In this document: positions 13,405 through 26,849 of the stretch, in pieces
Layout: every line of letters begins with the position of its first letter
Position numbering within the stretch: the stretch's first letter is position 1
From: Lingula anatina
Lineage: Eukaryota > Animalia > Brachiopoda
Assembly (NCBI GenBank): GCA_051362555.1
Contig: CM120643.1
Coordinates: 7,750,001 to 7,814,000 of the forward strand
Length of the DNA stretch: 64,000 bases
Direction: 5' to 3'
The notes under the pieces: model-generated
Told to the model about the DNA's origin: nothing
What the model saw: the letters and a program-made list of their open reading frames with translations, nothing else
Databases searched by the model: none
Program-made: the position numbers and the translations under genes

Positions 13405-14640
13405 GGAACCGGAGAAGATCAGCATTGGTCAGAATTGTGCCGGAAGTGACGTGCAGTGGTGTTAGAAACGAAGTTGAGTGGTCATTTTAACATAGAGGTG
13501 AACGGCAGTGAAGACGGGTTGTCGGAGGAAAAAGAAGTTTTCTAAACAACATGGTAAGATAACACTTTTCCTTTAGGCATTTTGGGCAGAGAAAACTTGT
13601 AGAAATAATAAATGCATGATATAAAAACGTGACACGGAACTTGAAGGTGCAAAATCGTGCTTAATTGGCGGTCAACTTGTTTTAAAATGAATGCTGCATC
13701 GACCGCCATTGCGACAAAGAGTGTAAATGGAAAATAATTCCCGGGAGGCTGTAAATCGTTGCCATGTGGAAATTTGGCATTAATATAATCCGATATGTCC
13801 ACATCTAAGTATTTTTTGGGTGTTTTATGGTATGGGCTGCAATAAGAACGAAGTTTTAGAGGTCTTGAAGGACCTTGTGAAAACAAGGAAGTAGTTCGTA
13901 ACTAACAAGTGAAATTTACCGATCTCCGACTGCTGTGCACAGCTGTATCTTTTTTTCAATATATTGACGAATTTTTAGATCTTTTATATGTCCATCTGGC
14001 ATGAAATGCTACACACATGAGCACACTAATACACCTTTTACACTGGGGTAGGCATAAATCAGTGACGAATGCCAAGACAAAGGTGACATTCTGACAGCCT
14101 CTTATCTGAGCTAAAAAAATCACAAGTACGCGACTGGCATTTCACTGACAAGATCTTCCCAAAAAGACGGAAAGAGAATTCAGGTGAGCTGACAGTTAAT
14201 TAAGACTAGCTCAAAGTACTAATAATTGACATTATTATGCAATACTCAGTTGGTAAAACAATTCTCACTTATATTAATGCCAAATTTCCACATGACAACG
14301 ATTTATAGACTCCCGGGAATTATTGCCCCTTTACGCTTTTTGTCGCAATGGCGGTCGACGCAGCATTTATTTCTAAACAAGTTGACCGCAAATTAAGCAC
14401 GATTTTGCGCCTTCAAGTTCCGTGTCACGTTTTCATATCATGCGTCTATTATTTCTACAAGTATTCTCTGCCCAAAATGCGTAAAAAAGAGAGTTATCTT
14501 ACCATGTTGTTTAGAAAACTTCTTTTTCCTCCGACAACCCGTCTTCACTGCCGTTCACCTCTATGTTAAAATGACCACTCAACTTCGCTTCTAACACCAC
14601 TGCACGTCACTTCCGGGCACAATCAATCTTCTCCGGTTCC
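13405..14640. mobile_element. Long-TIR (foldback/Mutator-like) non-autonomous element
   Basis: Arms 13405-13788 and 14269-14640 are highly similar reverse complements (GGAACCGGAGAAGAT / ATCTTCTCCGGTTCC) with a ~480 bp spacer. Flanks ATGGAAAG and ATGTATAG match 6/8, a possible decayed TSD. Confidence 0.75.
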
Positions 14641-15069
14641 ATGTATAGAGCCGAGATTTAATGACTGTACCCCCGCTGGGAGGGACGACGCGTGGGGATT
14701 CGTGTGAAAGGTGGAGAGACTATTAAAAGATTAGGCGTTTTTTCTTTCATGTACGTCCGCCATATTTAGTTCGTGGATTTGTAGAGCCATGGCTCAACTC
14801 GTTGTGAATGCGATCATACTCACACATAGTACCCTACCATACGGTGCAATTACTGATAACTTCACTTTCGGTTTTATATTCCAGTATGTTCATGTTTAAA
14901 TACAGTAGATATATAGTTCAAACTCCTAGGAATTTACATGAAAACTAAACTTGCTTTAGACAAAAACGGCTTTCTAGATCACTTGCAACTTTTACAGATA
15001 ATGAGCCCGATTAACTTGTTTTAATTAACTTTTGTACGTGTAATATTGAGAGTATTTAACGTTTTATTC

Positions 15070-15330
15070 ATCTGTTGGCTACAGTGGAGGAACGAGGAAA
15101 ACACCCCAACGTCATTAACACTGCAAGTAAAATAAGTAGAAGAGATCTCCCCCAACTGGATGGTATCATCAAAGACAATGGAGAAAACAACAAAACGAAT
15201 TATGGGGATCCCACCCATCCAGCAAGCTCTCTTTTTAAATTCTTACCCAGTAATAGTAGACTGTTGACTTTAAAGGACAGTAAACGGTTTTAAGTAGTTT
15301 TTTCTCTACAGTATTAAATATTAATTCCAC
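15070..15330 (+). mobile_element. Rex1/Babar-type LINE 3' fragment
   Basis: VINTASKISRRDLPQLDGI...DPTHPASSLFKFLPSNSRL resembles the Rex1 RT C-terminus (DPxHPxxxLFxxLPSGRR). Confidence 0.7.
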
Positions 15331-18300
15331 TTTTAGGGTTAATTCATTAATATTTTAATGGCCAGTGTTTTAGTTTTGTATATCGGCACATGAATCAATA
15401 AGATACCAAACAACTTTCATGGAAAATAAACTGAAATTAAATCTGGAGACTCCTTTATCTATTAGCATTTCGAATTTACATTACATCTCGGCACGTTCGT
15501 TTTCATCACCATCATACTTCCGTCGCAGTCCGTTCGAAGCGCGAAATTCAAACAGTGCATATCAAAACCGTAAATAGGAGCCCTTACGCAGGAAACATCG
15601 CGCTAGAGGACGGGTTTTATTAAGGCATTTTTGTTAGCGGTATTGTCACTAATTTAGAGAATCGTGAACAAATCTGGATGACTCTATCTATAAAAAAGCA
15701 ATTGTTACCTAAAAATCATATACAAGAAAAAATAATGAAAAGAACGAATGCAGAATAATTTTTAAATTAAAAGTGGAATCTGAACAACAAATACAACTTC
15801 AAGCAAATGAAATTGAATATAGAAAATCAAACTCATGATTTTGACTTATGCATTACATTACAATTTATTTTAAAACAATATCGGTACCTTGTCAATGCAT
15901 GGAAGGACTGCGTGAAAACGACATACACCCTCCCCTACATATACACTAAACACACACAGAGAGAAAGAGAGAGAGAGGGGCGCGATAATGGGGGGTGGGG
16001 GGTGGGGTGGGGGCCCAATTAAATCAAATGCCTTTTCCCCGTTGCCAACGCTCTCAAATCAGGTCTTTTATCCAAAAAATGTTTTATTGTATAAAATACA
16101 ACGTACCGGTATATAATACAGACTTCGGTCGAATGATGTAGCTGTGGGCATGAACCCAAAATATGATATAGCACTATCAACAATGAAATGTATTTTCTTG
16201 AAAAAAGAACTGTCACATTAGGATGAACCCAGCCCCCCCCCCCCCCCGCCCCCCCCCCTCCCCCACCACCACCACCACCACCAATACGCCCCCTTTCTAT
16301 TGATACTATACAAACTCAGCGTGTGTAGGAGTGTGAAAACTATGTGAAAGTAGGTCAAAAGTTCACGGATAGGATATGCCACGTAAAAGGTTCTTAGGGG
16401 AGTTCGGTCATCTACCTTTTGCTTTTTTTTTTTTTTTTTTTTTTTTGCCAATTTTGAGAAGAAATATCAGTGTGTTTCATTCCACTTAGTAAATATAAAT
16501 GCAGATAAGCCAATTTTCTTTCCTTTATAATTCGTCAGATGTAATAAAATACAATATTTCCTTAAAAACCTTTACCCCCTTTTGTGAATGCAATGCGTCG
16601 TCTGCAGAGCTCAGCGTCTGCCACCACCACGCTGGATGATTCTCGCTTCCCGGGAGCTGAACAGTTAACGCGGTCTGAAAAATTTTAGGGAGAGTCAGAT
16701 GAAAAAGAGAGGGACCGTTGCATCTACAATGTTTTACATAGAGAAGCTGGAGTTGTGGGCTAATTTTACTCTTTTCTTTTAAAATTTGCAATATACTCTA
16801 CCTTTCAGTAACTCTATGATACCAAAATATTTTTCTGGCATCTTGATACATTTTCCCCTTCTGACTCCCCCTAAAATGGTCCACACTAAAAAAATCAATA
16901 ATCGTATGGCAATTTTATACAGGCAATTGACCTACTTTTATACCCATGCAGCTATCGACGAGTTTTATGGCTGTGGGGTGAAGACGTGATACACGTCTGT
17001 GATATAAAAGTCATTTCTAATTATATAATTTATAAACTGCGTCTGGATCAAAAGCGTTCCGATTTTTGAGCAAAAGGAAAAAAATTACTTTTTGCGAACA
17101 ATGAAAAAATTGGAGATAAGTCAAAATAAGAGAAAAAAATGCATTTTTTCTCTTATATGTAAATTAGGTCCCCTGAAGTAATATATGACTTTCCGGAAGT
17201 GATGTTCACATCAGAGATTTGTAATGATGATGATCTTGATGACTTTTGATGATCTTAATGGTTATTAAAAAAAATCTTACCAAAGTTTTCAGTTGTCGTC
17301 TGGCGAAAAAGAAATTTTCTGCAATAATACAATCATTTCACGAGCGAAAAATAATTAGTACATCCGCCTCAGAGATGCGCTGCAGACGTCACGGCTTTTG
17401 GGTGAAAATCGCACGCGATATTGGTTATAATTATGATATATAGGTTAAAAAAAACTACGTATCTAATGTTTCCAAGTGAGTGAAAATGAATATCGACAAA
17501 CCGTTACATTTTGAATGCATTGCTATTTATTTGTGTTCGACAAGGGTGAATTTAATTAGGATTTTTTTCTCTCTCTCTCTCGCTTTTTTCTTCTTTTTTT
17601 AAGCGAATATTAAGGAGAAAGCCGGGTGAAAAAAATCCATAACAATCAAAATATTCAGAAGTAAGAAAATTTCAGAGATAAAAGTTTTGTTGGCCACTAT
17701 AGTTCCTCTTCGTAGAGGTTCACAGGAATATTTTAAGACAACTTGTAATCGTACATGTATATACTGATAATCATCAAATAACGCGCTTCTGAATTATGTT
17801 CGTGATGCGCAAATAAATAAATTTCGAACTGAATACCACCTCGGCTTGTGCCACATATTTCTAAATTTAAAATAAAACAAGAAAAGTTGAAAAATGGAAT
17901 AAACTTTGAGTTTTTTTTCCTATAAACATCGCAAAAAGTATAGATCTATATGTAATACCCGTGAAATGTCAGAATTGTATTTTCCTGTAAAGTAAAAAAA
18001 AAAAGGTATCCAGACAGTACAGATAGTTGAAGGAGCTTCATGTCAGATCTTTTACATGTTCTTTACCAGTACTTACTCCATTGAAAATGGATTTTGTAAA
18101 TTATACATGCCATTTCAAAAATATGTTTATATGAGTTACCACTGAGAAAGGAAAATGCCATACATAATTGTTACTAAAGTCAGATGAAGATACAACTTTT
18201 GATTTCCAGTTAATGTGAACAATGATCTAAACTGATGTAAACATTAAAATGACTATTTTTTCTAATAAAATGCAATTAAGTACTGTAAAAGACTAAAAAT

Positions 18301-19117
18301 GGTATTGTTGTAATAAAAAATGCAGATACCTTACAGAGGGCAACAGATGGGAATAGATTTTGATTATACTGTAAGAAATAAAAAATCTGATGAAGAAATG
18401 TTAAGATACATGTAGGACTTTCTAAATAAATGTTTTGAGGTTGACATAACATAATAAGGGAAAAGCATAGAATATATTTTAGTCTGTTTATTAAATTGTT
18501 TCACCAACTGGGTTTATCTAGGATTTCAATAGCTTGACTCCTTTTTTAAAACGAAAGATTGGTTTTTATCAAATTCAAAATATCTTAAACCTAAACAAGC
18601 ATAATTTGCCATGATTATCCATGAAACTTTGTCTTCTTTTACAAACTTCTATTTCAATACTTGAACATGAGGGTCAGTAAAAGAAAAAGAAATAGAAAAT
18701 TCAGAAAATACTCAAGGTAGATTTTATTATCACAGATCAATGAAGCATATTATTTCGGCATAAAAAGTCTTAGTTATCTAAAAGTGAATGAGGTCATTAA
18801 TGGCAGTATTCATTAAAAAAAAGGAACTTTATGAGATTCCGGTCACGTTTTTTGCACTGTTGCAGTGTATTAAATAGTAAGGCAGTGTATTTGTCTATAT
18901 AAAAACACTTCTGATCCATAAGAAATTTAAAAGGACAAAGTTCAATACAAAATATTTTCATGATTTTTAATATTTTTTCTTTAAATCATAAACATGGCAT
19001 AGTTCTGCAATGGGGATATGAGGTCTCCTCGAGTCTGTTTGATAAAAGCTCTTTCACTACTTCTGGAATTACATCACTTAGTAAAAGGTTCCACTGGCAC
19101 CAGAGCACTGAGTTTTT

Positions 19118-20009
19118 TTAAAACTTAACAAGCTGTGTATTCTCTTGCCTGTGAGCATCCTCTCCAGCCTCATTTGCTGAGAAAAGTATGCAGTGAAGAT
19201 ACACACAAACTGCCTTCAGTGTCTGGAACACAAACAAGTCCTCCACCAGTGCCACTCCTACCAGAGCAGCCCAGTTGTACACAGCGCTGTCACTCAGCTC
19301 TCCGCCATACACAATGGTGAGATATACTGCCATTGCCATGGAGACGACCAAAATGAATGCTGGATAGATCAAAAAGTGGGGCAACTTTCCATCCTGCTTT
19401 CTGTTGACCATCATCTCCAGTGACTTCAGCTCAGTGTATGGCACCTCATCTGATGGTTCTGGAACATTTTGTGTGGAAATGAATTATTGCCAAAAGTATG
19501 TGGAAGTTTAACTACAAAATGATGCCGGCTAATATTACCCCTGTTTAACATCACAATCACTGTTTTAATTATAATAAGGGCAAGGAAGCTTATGTTGAAA
19601 TCAATGCTCTAAATATCTTCAAATGTAAGCTGAAGCTGGATAACATGAAAATGCATTATCCTTTTTTTTATATATTCATTTTAAAATAATTTACTGAAAT
19701 GAAAGACACTGATGACACCGAAATGGACAATTACCTTCCCAAATATTAACTACTACATCATGTTCAGATGCCTGCTTTGGTTGCTCATCATTTTCTTTCC
19801 TCTGGCTGTTGTCTAAAATTGCATTAAACAAAGGAAATGTAAAGGGAAATATAAAAAGTTATTTGTTTGAGCCATATATTGCTACTGTTGAACATTAATT
19901 AGGAAACAGTAAATCAAAATTTTAGGATGTTACATCTGTTCTACGCTATCAAAAAGGATTAAAAAACATCATCATATAGACATGTCTACAGCATAATATA
20001 ATGGCATAC

Positions 20010-20050
<41 letters not shown>

Positions 20051-23000
20051 TACCTGGGATGAGAAAACTTGGGTTGAAGTGAGCAATGAGACTGTAAAAA
20101 GATGAAACATCTGCATTTCTGTAGCTGGAAATCTTCCCAGCATGGGATTTTGGGATTTCTGCCTGCATCTCCTTTTGCATATTTGAGTTTAGCCTAGGGT
20201 TGTTAGGAGGAGGAGCATATGTGTAGCTGGGTGTTTTCTGAAATATTGAAAATCATCCAATAATTGATTCTGCTGACTGGTTAATATAGTCAAAATATTC
20301 CACAGATGGGGACATTTATTCTTCTGGTGGCTTGATGTTGCACTATAATACCTCAATATGAGTATAACGTCTTTTTATGTTCTTGTATATACATATGTGC
20401 TTGTAAGTCAAGCCAAATATATTGTCAAACATTACAGAAATGATACAAGTGTCTGTTTTTAATTACAAGAAGGCAATACATGAATGTCTCAAAGGCAATC
20501 CATGATATCTGTACAGGCACATACATGCATGCACAAACTAAAAATAGAAAAAAAGTAATAAATACCCCTTTCTTGCTGTCCACATCTCCCATGGCAACCA
20601 TATCTTCCTTGACAACCAAATTTTCCTTGGCAACCATTTCTTCAATCTGTGCCATAGCCTGATGTTCAACAGTTGCATGTGTCAAATCATAGTCCTTCTC
20701 AAAGTCATAAGCCACCTGTTTCATCATGGTCTCCACACTTCCATGCACAACTTGTTGGAACCCATCACTGATTGTGCAACTGCAAAAAAAAAATAAATAT
20801 AAATCTTTCTTAAATCAAGAAATATAGTGAAAAATTAGTATTATTGGTAAAATAACACTCTGACTATAATTACTAACTCCATTTACACACTCAGAACATG
20901 TGTCACATTAGCAAAAAAATGTGAAATCATTTTAATACTATTAATAGTCTACAAAATGAAACAAGTGTCCAGCCCAATACAAGTTGTCAGAATCAGTCAT
21001 GGCTATGAGCAAGACCTGTGGTCAACTCCCAAAGCTAAAGACAAATTTAACTTTATTCTAACATAACTGTGAAATGAGGAGTCTTAAAATGAACACAAAA
21101 TAAACTGTCTCCTTACATGTCATCATACTGGGGCTCATCTTCCAGGTTCTGCAGCACAGTGTCACCAGTGTCCTCTCTGTCATAGCACCTGATATTGTAC
21201 ATTGCTACATCATATATGCTATTCACAAGGACTGTTCCTATATTGACGAGGAGGCTGGAGAGGAAGATACCTCTATCAAGCTGAATGACACCAACAGCAC
21301 TGAGAAGGGTACTGGTAAGCAGCATGTTTGCTAACATGTAGTTCAAGGTGCTGTTAAACCACAGAAGGACAGGGGCCAGCTTCAAGCTGAAACAGCGTGT
21401 CCATCCATGACAAGACCACAAATACAGAAGGCAAGTTTGCAGTCCAAACCTGAAAAATATTTTAATAAATTAAAAAATGTATATCAAATATCAAAGTACA
21501 GACATTTTACATGAAAATTACTACGAGTACATTCCATGTTGAAGAAAAACTGAATACTACATTAAAAAATCAGAATATGTATCATTATTATTATTATCTT
21601 TCATATTTTATTTGTTGATAACTTGTAAAAGCAGACATTTCAAAGTACATCATATGCTTATTTATCAATTGTGGGAAAGTCTCCAACTTACCTGGAGTTC
21701 TTACAAGACTCCAAAGTGGTGTATCCCACTGTGAGGCATCCATTGCTGCTGAAGTGGGATTCACAGCCAGATACTGTATCATATACTGTTATATCCAGCA
21801 CATTCCTTCAATGAAAGAAAAATAATAATAAAAATTCACTCAAATTTCTTTATACAAAATATGTAAAAATATCTACTATAAATAACATAACAATATGAAT
21901 ATAAGTTAAACTACAGATGCATCCAAGGTATTCATGACACAAAACATATTTCAGAACAATGACAAAAATAATCTTCATTTGATTTGCAGAACTTTCTTTA
22001 TACAGGTCCAATAGTGTAAATATGTTTGTGATGTTCCAGTTTGTATTTTTAAAATTACCATTGAGCTCCTGGTCTATCACTGATGTACACCACAACCTTC
22101 TTCAGTTTTCCCAGGGACTCTGAGTTTAAAATAAAAAAGATTCACTATAATGATTAAATGTTAGTGTGTTGTTTTAGAGTACAACATGCATCAAATAGCC
22201 CTCAAAGATCCCTGAGGTCTGGTGACAAACTTTTACTGAAAGTTCCCAAATCAAAGTTAAAAACATATGGTGACATATCTTTTTGTGTAGCTGCACCAGT
22301 AGAGTGGAATAAGTTGCCAATTTTTATTAGACGAATAGATACACAAGAATGTTTTAAAAAGGAATTGAAAACTCACATTTTTAAGACATTTTATTCATGA
22401 ATTTTTAATTTTACATTAAAGAAACCTTGGATTTTTTACTTTTATTACTGTTTATTACAATTTAGACTAGTTCTGATTTATATAATATATATCTTCCGTA
22501 ACTATTTTTATTTATAAACTTCTTTGTATTTTATGTTGTGCAGTCTATTGAACATTTTATGGATTTTAGACTCGAAGTAAATATATTATTATTATTATTA
22601 TAAATATAACAGAGTTGTAGTTTAATTCTAAAAATAAATTTAGTTAATACATAACAATACCATAAGAACCCAGTTTTACAAATCACCAAGTATTCTTGCA
22701 CCAACTCTCTCTGAACATGCTCTGCACTTAACTTTATGATAAAAAGTCAACATAACTGAGTTAACATGATACTTTAAGTAATAGTAATCATATATAATAT
22801 AGCCACTGACTGAGATGAACAGCAAACTGCGACCTGATGTTCCAGTTAAGACTGTACATGCTGAATTGAATGTAATAAAGTAAATGGCAGTTAGCTGCTA
22901 ATAATACTGTTGAATCAATATTTGCAGGAAAAGAAATTTATATGTGCTCCAAAATATTCAAGATACATACCTTTTGTATACAAAAGAAACCATTTCTTCT

Positions 23001-24609
23001 GTCCTACCCCAAGGAAATTGTGCTTCCTCCCATGTTCATTCAGATTATATTCAGGAGATACCCCCTGGTCTCCTATCAACTGCAATCTGACTTTGGGTGT
23101 CTTTACTGCTACAAAACAACATATTTCTATAGTTTGGAATAAGTGTGAGATAATACACTGTCACCCGAGCGATATATGCCATAACACCTCGAGCGTCAGT
23201 GAGAGGTGTTCATGGCATATATCGCGAGAGGGTGACAGTGTATTATTTGACATACATACCGAGAACAAACATAGTCATTTCATCCTAAAACACCCCTAAA
23301 ATCGAATAAAGTGACCCTATATCACGCTCTAGAGATGTTATACGGAATAAACTCGTCCACGTGCGCTGGTCATCTCCCGCCAAATTCTTACGTTATGTCT
23401 GACCAATTTGGTCAATTTTTGCTAAATACTTGTCGTGGACATTCAACTGGCTTGAAAAGTATTAAATCAACCGTCGACACTGGCCATGCACGTCTCAGCT
23501 GAGCCACACCTAGCTGGGACTGCTGAGGAAAAAAGGTCCCAAGGCAAAACCTCTACCTTTTAGTGACATTTCTGATAAACAAGGAGCGTCGGACCGGAAT
23601 ATAATTTTTCACAAGTGCAAAGGAGAAAGAGATTTACTTTATGGTGATATTTCTGACAACGAGACAGTTTCGGAATATGGTCAAAATCAGACGGATGTTT
23701 GTTACAAGTTGAACTGTTCACGGGAATAATAATTCTAGTTTTTATTGTTATTTCTGACGACGAGGCGGTTACGGAATATAGTCAAAATCAAACGGATGTT
23801 TATTTCAAGTCCACAGGAGTAACAATTCTACATTTTGGTGACATTTCTTACTACGAGGCGGTTTGGAATATACATGTGCTGGTTTTCAGAGCATTTATGT
23901 GCTACATGTAATTACAAGTTCAAAGGGGAATATATTTGATTTTAACCGATATATCTGATAAAGAAGAAGAATGAACAGCTTAAAAACAAAAGGTAAATAG
24001 CACAACCCTCGTTAAAAAGTTATAGATTTACAAATAATTTGTACATGTATGCACATGTGGCTTAAATGTAAACAAATTTCCGTTTTCAAACCATACCCAT
24101 ATGATATGACTTAGTGTAATAAAATTATAAATAATAATTGTTAAACGTTAAAAGTGTATGCTAATTTTTTAAGAGTGTGAGAGATTTTAAATTTGTCTAA
24201 TGGTAGATGTATAAGGCAAGCAACGTCACTATTCTCTTGATGCCAAGATGGTCACATGATCACTCTGTCTTTGGCTTTCAGCATTTAAGAGACCTCGACT
24301 GATTTAACCAAGATGTAGTCGTGAAATTCTAGACTACATCGAGGTTAAATCCGAGTTTTCCGAGAGACGCTACGCAGAAATGTCGAGTGAAGCGAGATGT
24401 TTTTGGGTAGCGGCTCGAGGTTGCCCTCGATCTTCACTGAAGCTTGGCTAAATAGACAGGCTTCAGTGATCATCATATCGCCACGGTCATATAACATCCC
24501 TAGGTATGTATATTCAGTTAAACAACAACTTCAACAATTATATACAACTGTAAGACTCTTCATTGGCCTATATCTCTATTTATATTTTTGTCATTTAAAT
24601 ATTAAAATA

Positions 24610-24643
<34 letters not shown>

Positions 24644-25598
24644 TTTATTATTCACACAATAATAACTAGTTTAAGCTTTTCAACAAGGATCAGAATCAAC
24701 AACTTGAAAGATCTTAGCATCACGTTTACCTCTTTTCAGCCCATTTTGAACTGCTACCATGTATCTATAGTGATATTCACCAGAATATTTGGGAACAACT
24801 ATGATACCACTCTGCTTTCTCTGAAATGATAATGACAACTATAATTATAAGGCAAAGGAAAAGAAAGGAAAGGAAAGAAATGTAAAAATAAAACAATAAT
24901 GTTATGAAACTGATTACAGCAGAAACAAAGCAATTTCCAGTTCTTCATCATAATTACCTATTTTATATTTAAAAGTTATCTAACACAGAAATTCATAAGA
25001 GATAACTGTTTTTATACTTTCATGCAGACTAAATTTAAAATGTAAGTGCAACACAAAATTTTGTTTCAGTACCTTCTTCCAATTGAACCAAATAATATAA
25101 CTTGTGCTGAGTAACATTATGCCCAAAAACGCAAAGATGAATCCAAATGCGAGTTTGTGGTACACCATGAACTTTTGTGGAGCTTTTTTCAAGGCAAAAG
25201 CTAGCAAAGAAAAGAAAGGATGTAGCTTAAAAATGGAAAGCAAGGAAGCAACCAAGGGCAAAGAGAAGTATAGGAAGCACGATTAATTTAAATGAATATA
25301 AAAAAATAGAGAAAGTAGGGTCTAATGAATTAGTCTCAAACAAAACAAAACAATAACACAAAGTAAGATGCTGAATGCATGGAACTTTGACAAACCAAAT
25401 TAAAAAAAAAAACATCACAATTTGTGCTAAATGAATGGTGAAAAAACATTGGTTCCCCGTGAGTTGTTTTAATGTATATCGTCTGCTTTGTAAACAAAAA
25501 AGAGTTACATAAGTCTATAGTTTGATGATATACTTACCTCCATGGAGAGGTTGCATGAGTAGCAACATCAACAAAACTTTGATCTTCAAGTTCTTCAT
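19118..25598 (-). CDS. Miniature polycystin-1-like membrane protein (signal peptide, TM1, PLAT/LH2, TM2-5), 11 exons, ~580 aa
   Basis: Exons 25598-25538, 25200-25073, 24820-24730, 23108-22971, 22119-22059, 21805-21692, 21449-21117, 20779-20566, 20237-20054, 19812-19735 and 19458-19118; all GT-AG and in phase (1743 nt). PLAT-like: YRYMVAVQNG..VRLQLIGDQGVS..WFLLYTKESLGKLKKVVV..QWNVLDITVYDTVSG. PKD1 TM4-5-like: LPHFLIYPAF..LTIVYG..W..EDLFVFQTLK. Confidence 0.8.
22180..22600 (+). mobile_element. L2-clade LINE 3' end with (ATT)n tail
   Basis: RSLRSGDKLLLKVPKSKLKTYGDISFCVAAPVEWNKLP..FKKELKTHIF is the typical L2 ORF2 terminus. An ATT repeat tail lies at ~22584-22599. Intronic and antisense to the host gene. 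Confidence 0.85.
23145..24510. mobile_element. Hairpin-ended non-autonomous element, possibly Crypton-like
   Basis: A ~95 bp palindrome at 23151-23245, two further stems at 24301-24351 and ~24429-24474, and internal degenerate tandem units. Superfamily is inferred only. Confidence 0.5.
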
Positions 25599-26036
25599 AC
25601 TGGCAATTTTTTATATGTTCTCCAAATATGTTCTTCAAATAATATGAAGCCGTGTACAACAAACACGTATATTTAAAAAAGAAGTCGCGATTCAGCGAAT
25701 AAACGAGAAATTATCGATATTTCAAACAATTTGGACGAGTTGACTTTGACTTCCGCCTCACAAATGTCTGTTGCTAATTGACGTCACAGACACAATCAGC
25801 TCACGTGACCATTGTGCTGGGATGTGCGGTTGTGATGTTAAAACAGCCAAATTGATAAAACAATATAATAGTTATAAATAACATTCACCTTGAAGGTTCA
25901 CTGCACAGCCTGATTGGGGCTTTAATAAATTACTTTAAAGAGGATAAGTATGGTTTATGTTATTTTTCGTATTTGTTTGAATATATGCATATAGATCTAC
26001 TTAAATAGAAGACAGAGGAAGACTAGCTACGCTAAG

Positions 26037-26290
26037 TAGGGGCGGATCCAGGATTATTTGAAGAGGGTGTCCGCGGATGCAATGTCGACCCCCCCCCCCC
26101 CCCCCCGCCCTTTGGCGTGGGTTCGGGGCCTGCTGAAGATCCCCGAAAAAATGTTATTTTTTGAGGGCAGACGGTGTCATTTGGTATTGATTAAAATTAT
26201 GATTCAGCTAGTCAAAATTCTAATTTCAGGAGGGGATTTTTTACAGAAATCGAAAAGGTGGGGGGGGGGGGGGGTAGGAGCCCCCTGAAT
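26037..26290 (-). mobile_element. hAT-like MITE, family C
   Basis: Begins TAGGGGCGGATCCAGG. The interior is the reverse complement of 32116-32390 (e.g. TGATTCAGCTAGTCAAAATTCTAATTTC). Confidence 0.65.
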
Positions 26291-26849
26291 AAAGGTTAGA
26301 CATGAATCTCAGCAATATTATTATTACTTAAATACACATCTGAATCCTGCACATGTGCACACACACGCGCGCGCACTGGTATATGCACACTATATTGCAG
26401 AGCACAATTTAGCCTTTGACACAAGAGCTCCGAGAACTGGAGTAGTTTTCAATGGATGTCAACGTAAGCGACGCAGATGTGTCAACCTCATCCACCAGAT
26501 CCAAAGGCGTTCCAAAATGAGCCCAACACACTTAAAAATATGTCATACAAAGTTTAAATACCTCTACTGAGTATGTAAAATTCAACAAGTATGTAAAAGT
26601 CAAGATTTCGTTGCTGTCAGTCACAAGCAGGTACCTCTGTCTAAACGGCCTTGACCTATAATCATATTATTTGATTAGAGTCTGTGCCAATCTAAGTGCG
26701 CATATATTTAATTTTACTTTTTCACCATGATTTTTTGTCGCAAAAGATGTCCTAAATTAATAAATAACCACACTAGAATGACTTTATTTTATAGTTTGAT
26801 ATGAGTGTGGTTTGTGTGACTGCATTGAGGTGGGTAACAGTTAACGGTG

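Noticed and set aside
13542-14569. Two similar ORFs (13542-13886 minus, 14348-14569 plus) suggesting a duplicated gene
   Set aside because: They are just the two arms of the inverted repeat; indels break their frames and there is no domain signal.
3511-14719. TCTCTCCACCT (3511) and AGGTGGAGAGA (14709) as Harbinger TIRs
   Set aside because: Only 11 bp match, the left copy lies within the hAT dimerisation coding remnant, and there is no TSD.
21594-21782. ORF-track peptide MIQYLAVNPT..WDTPLWSLVRTPG as the exon product
   Set aside because: Splice phase and PLAT similarity support the other frame (WNVLDITVYDTVSGCESHF).
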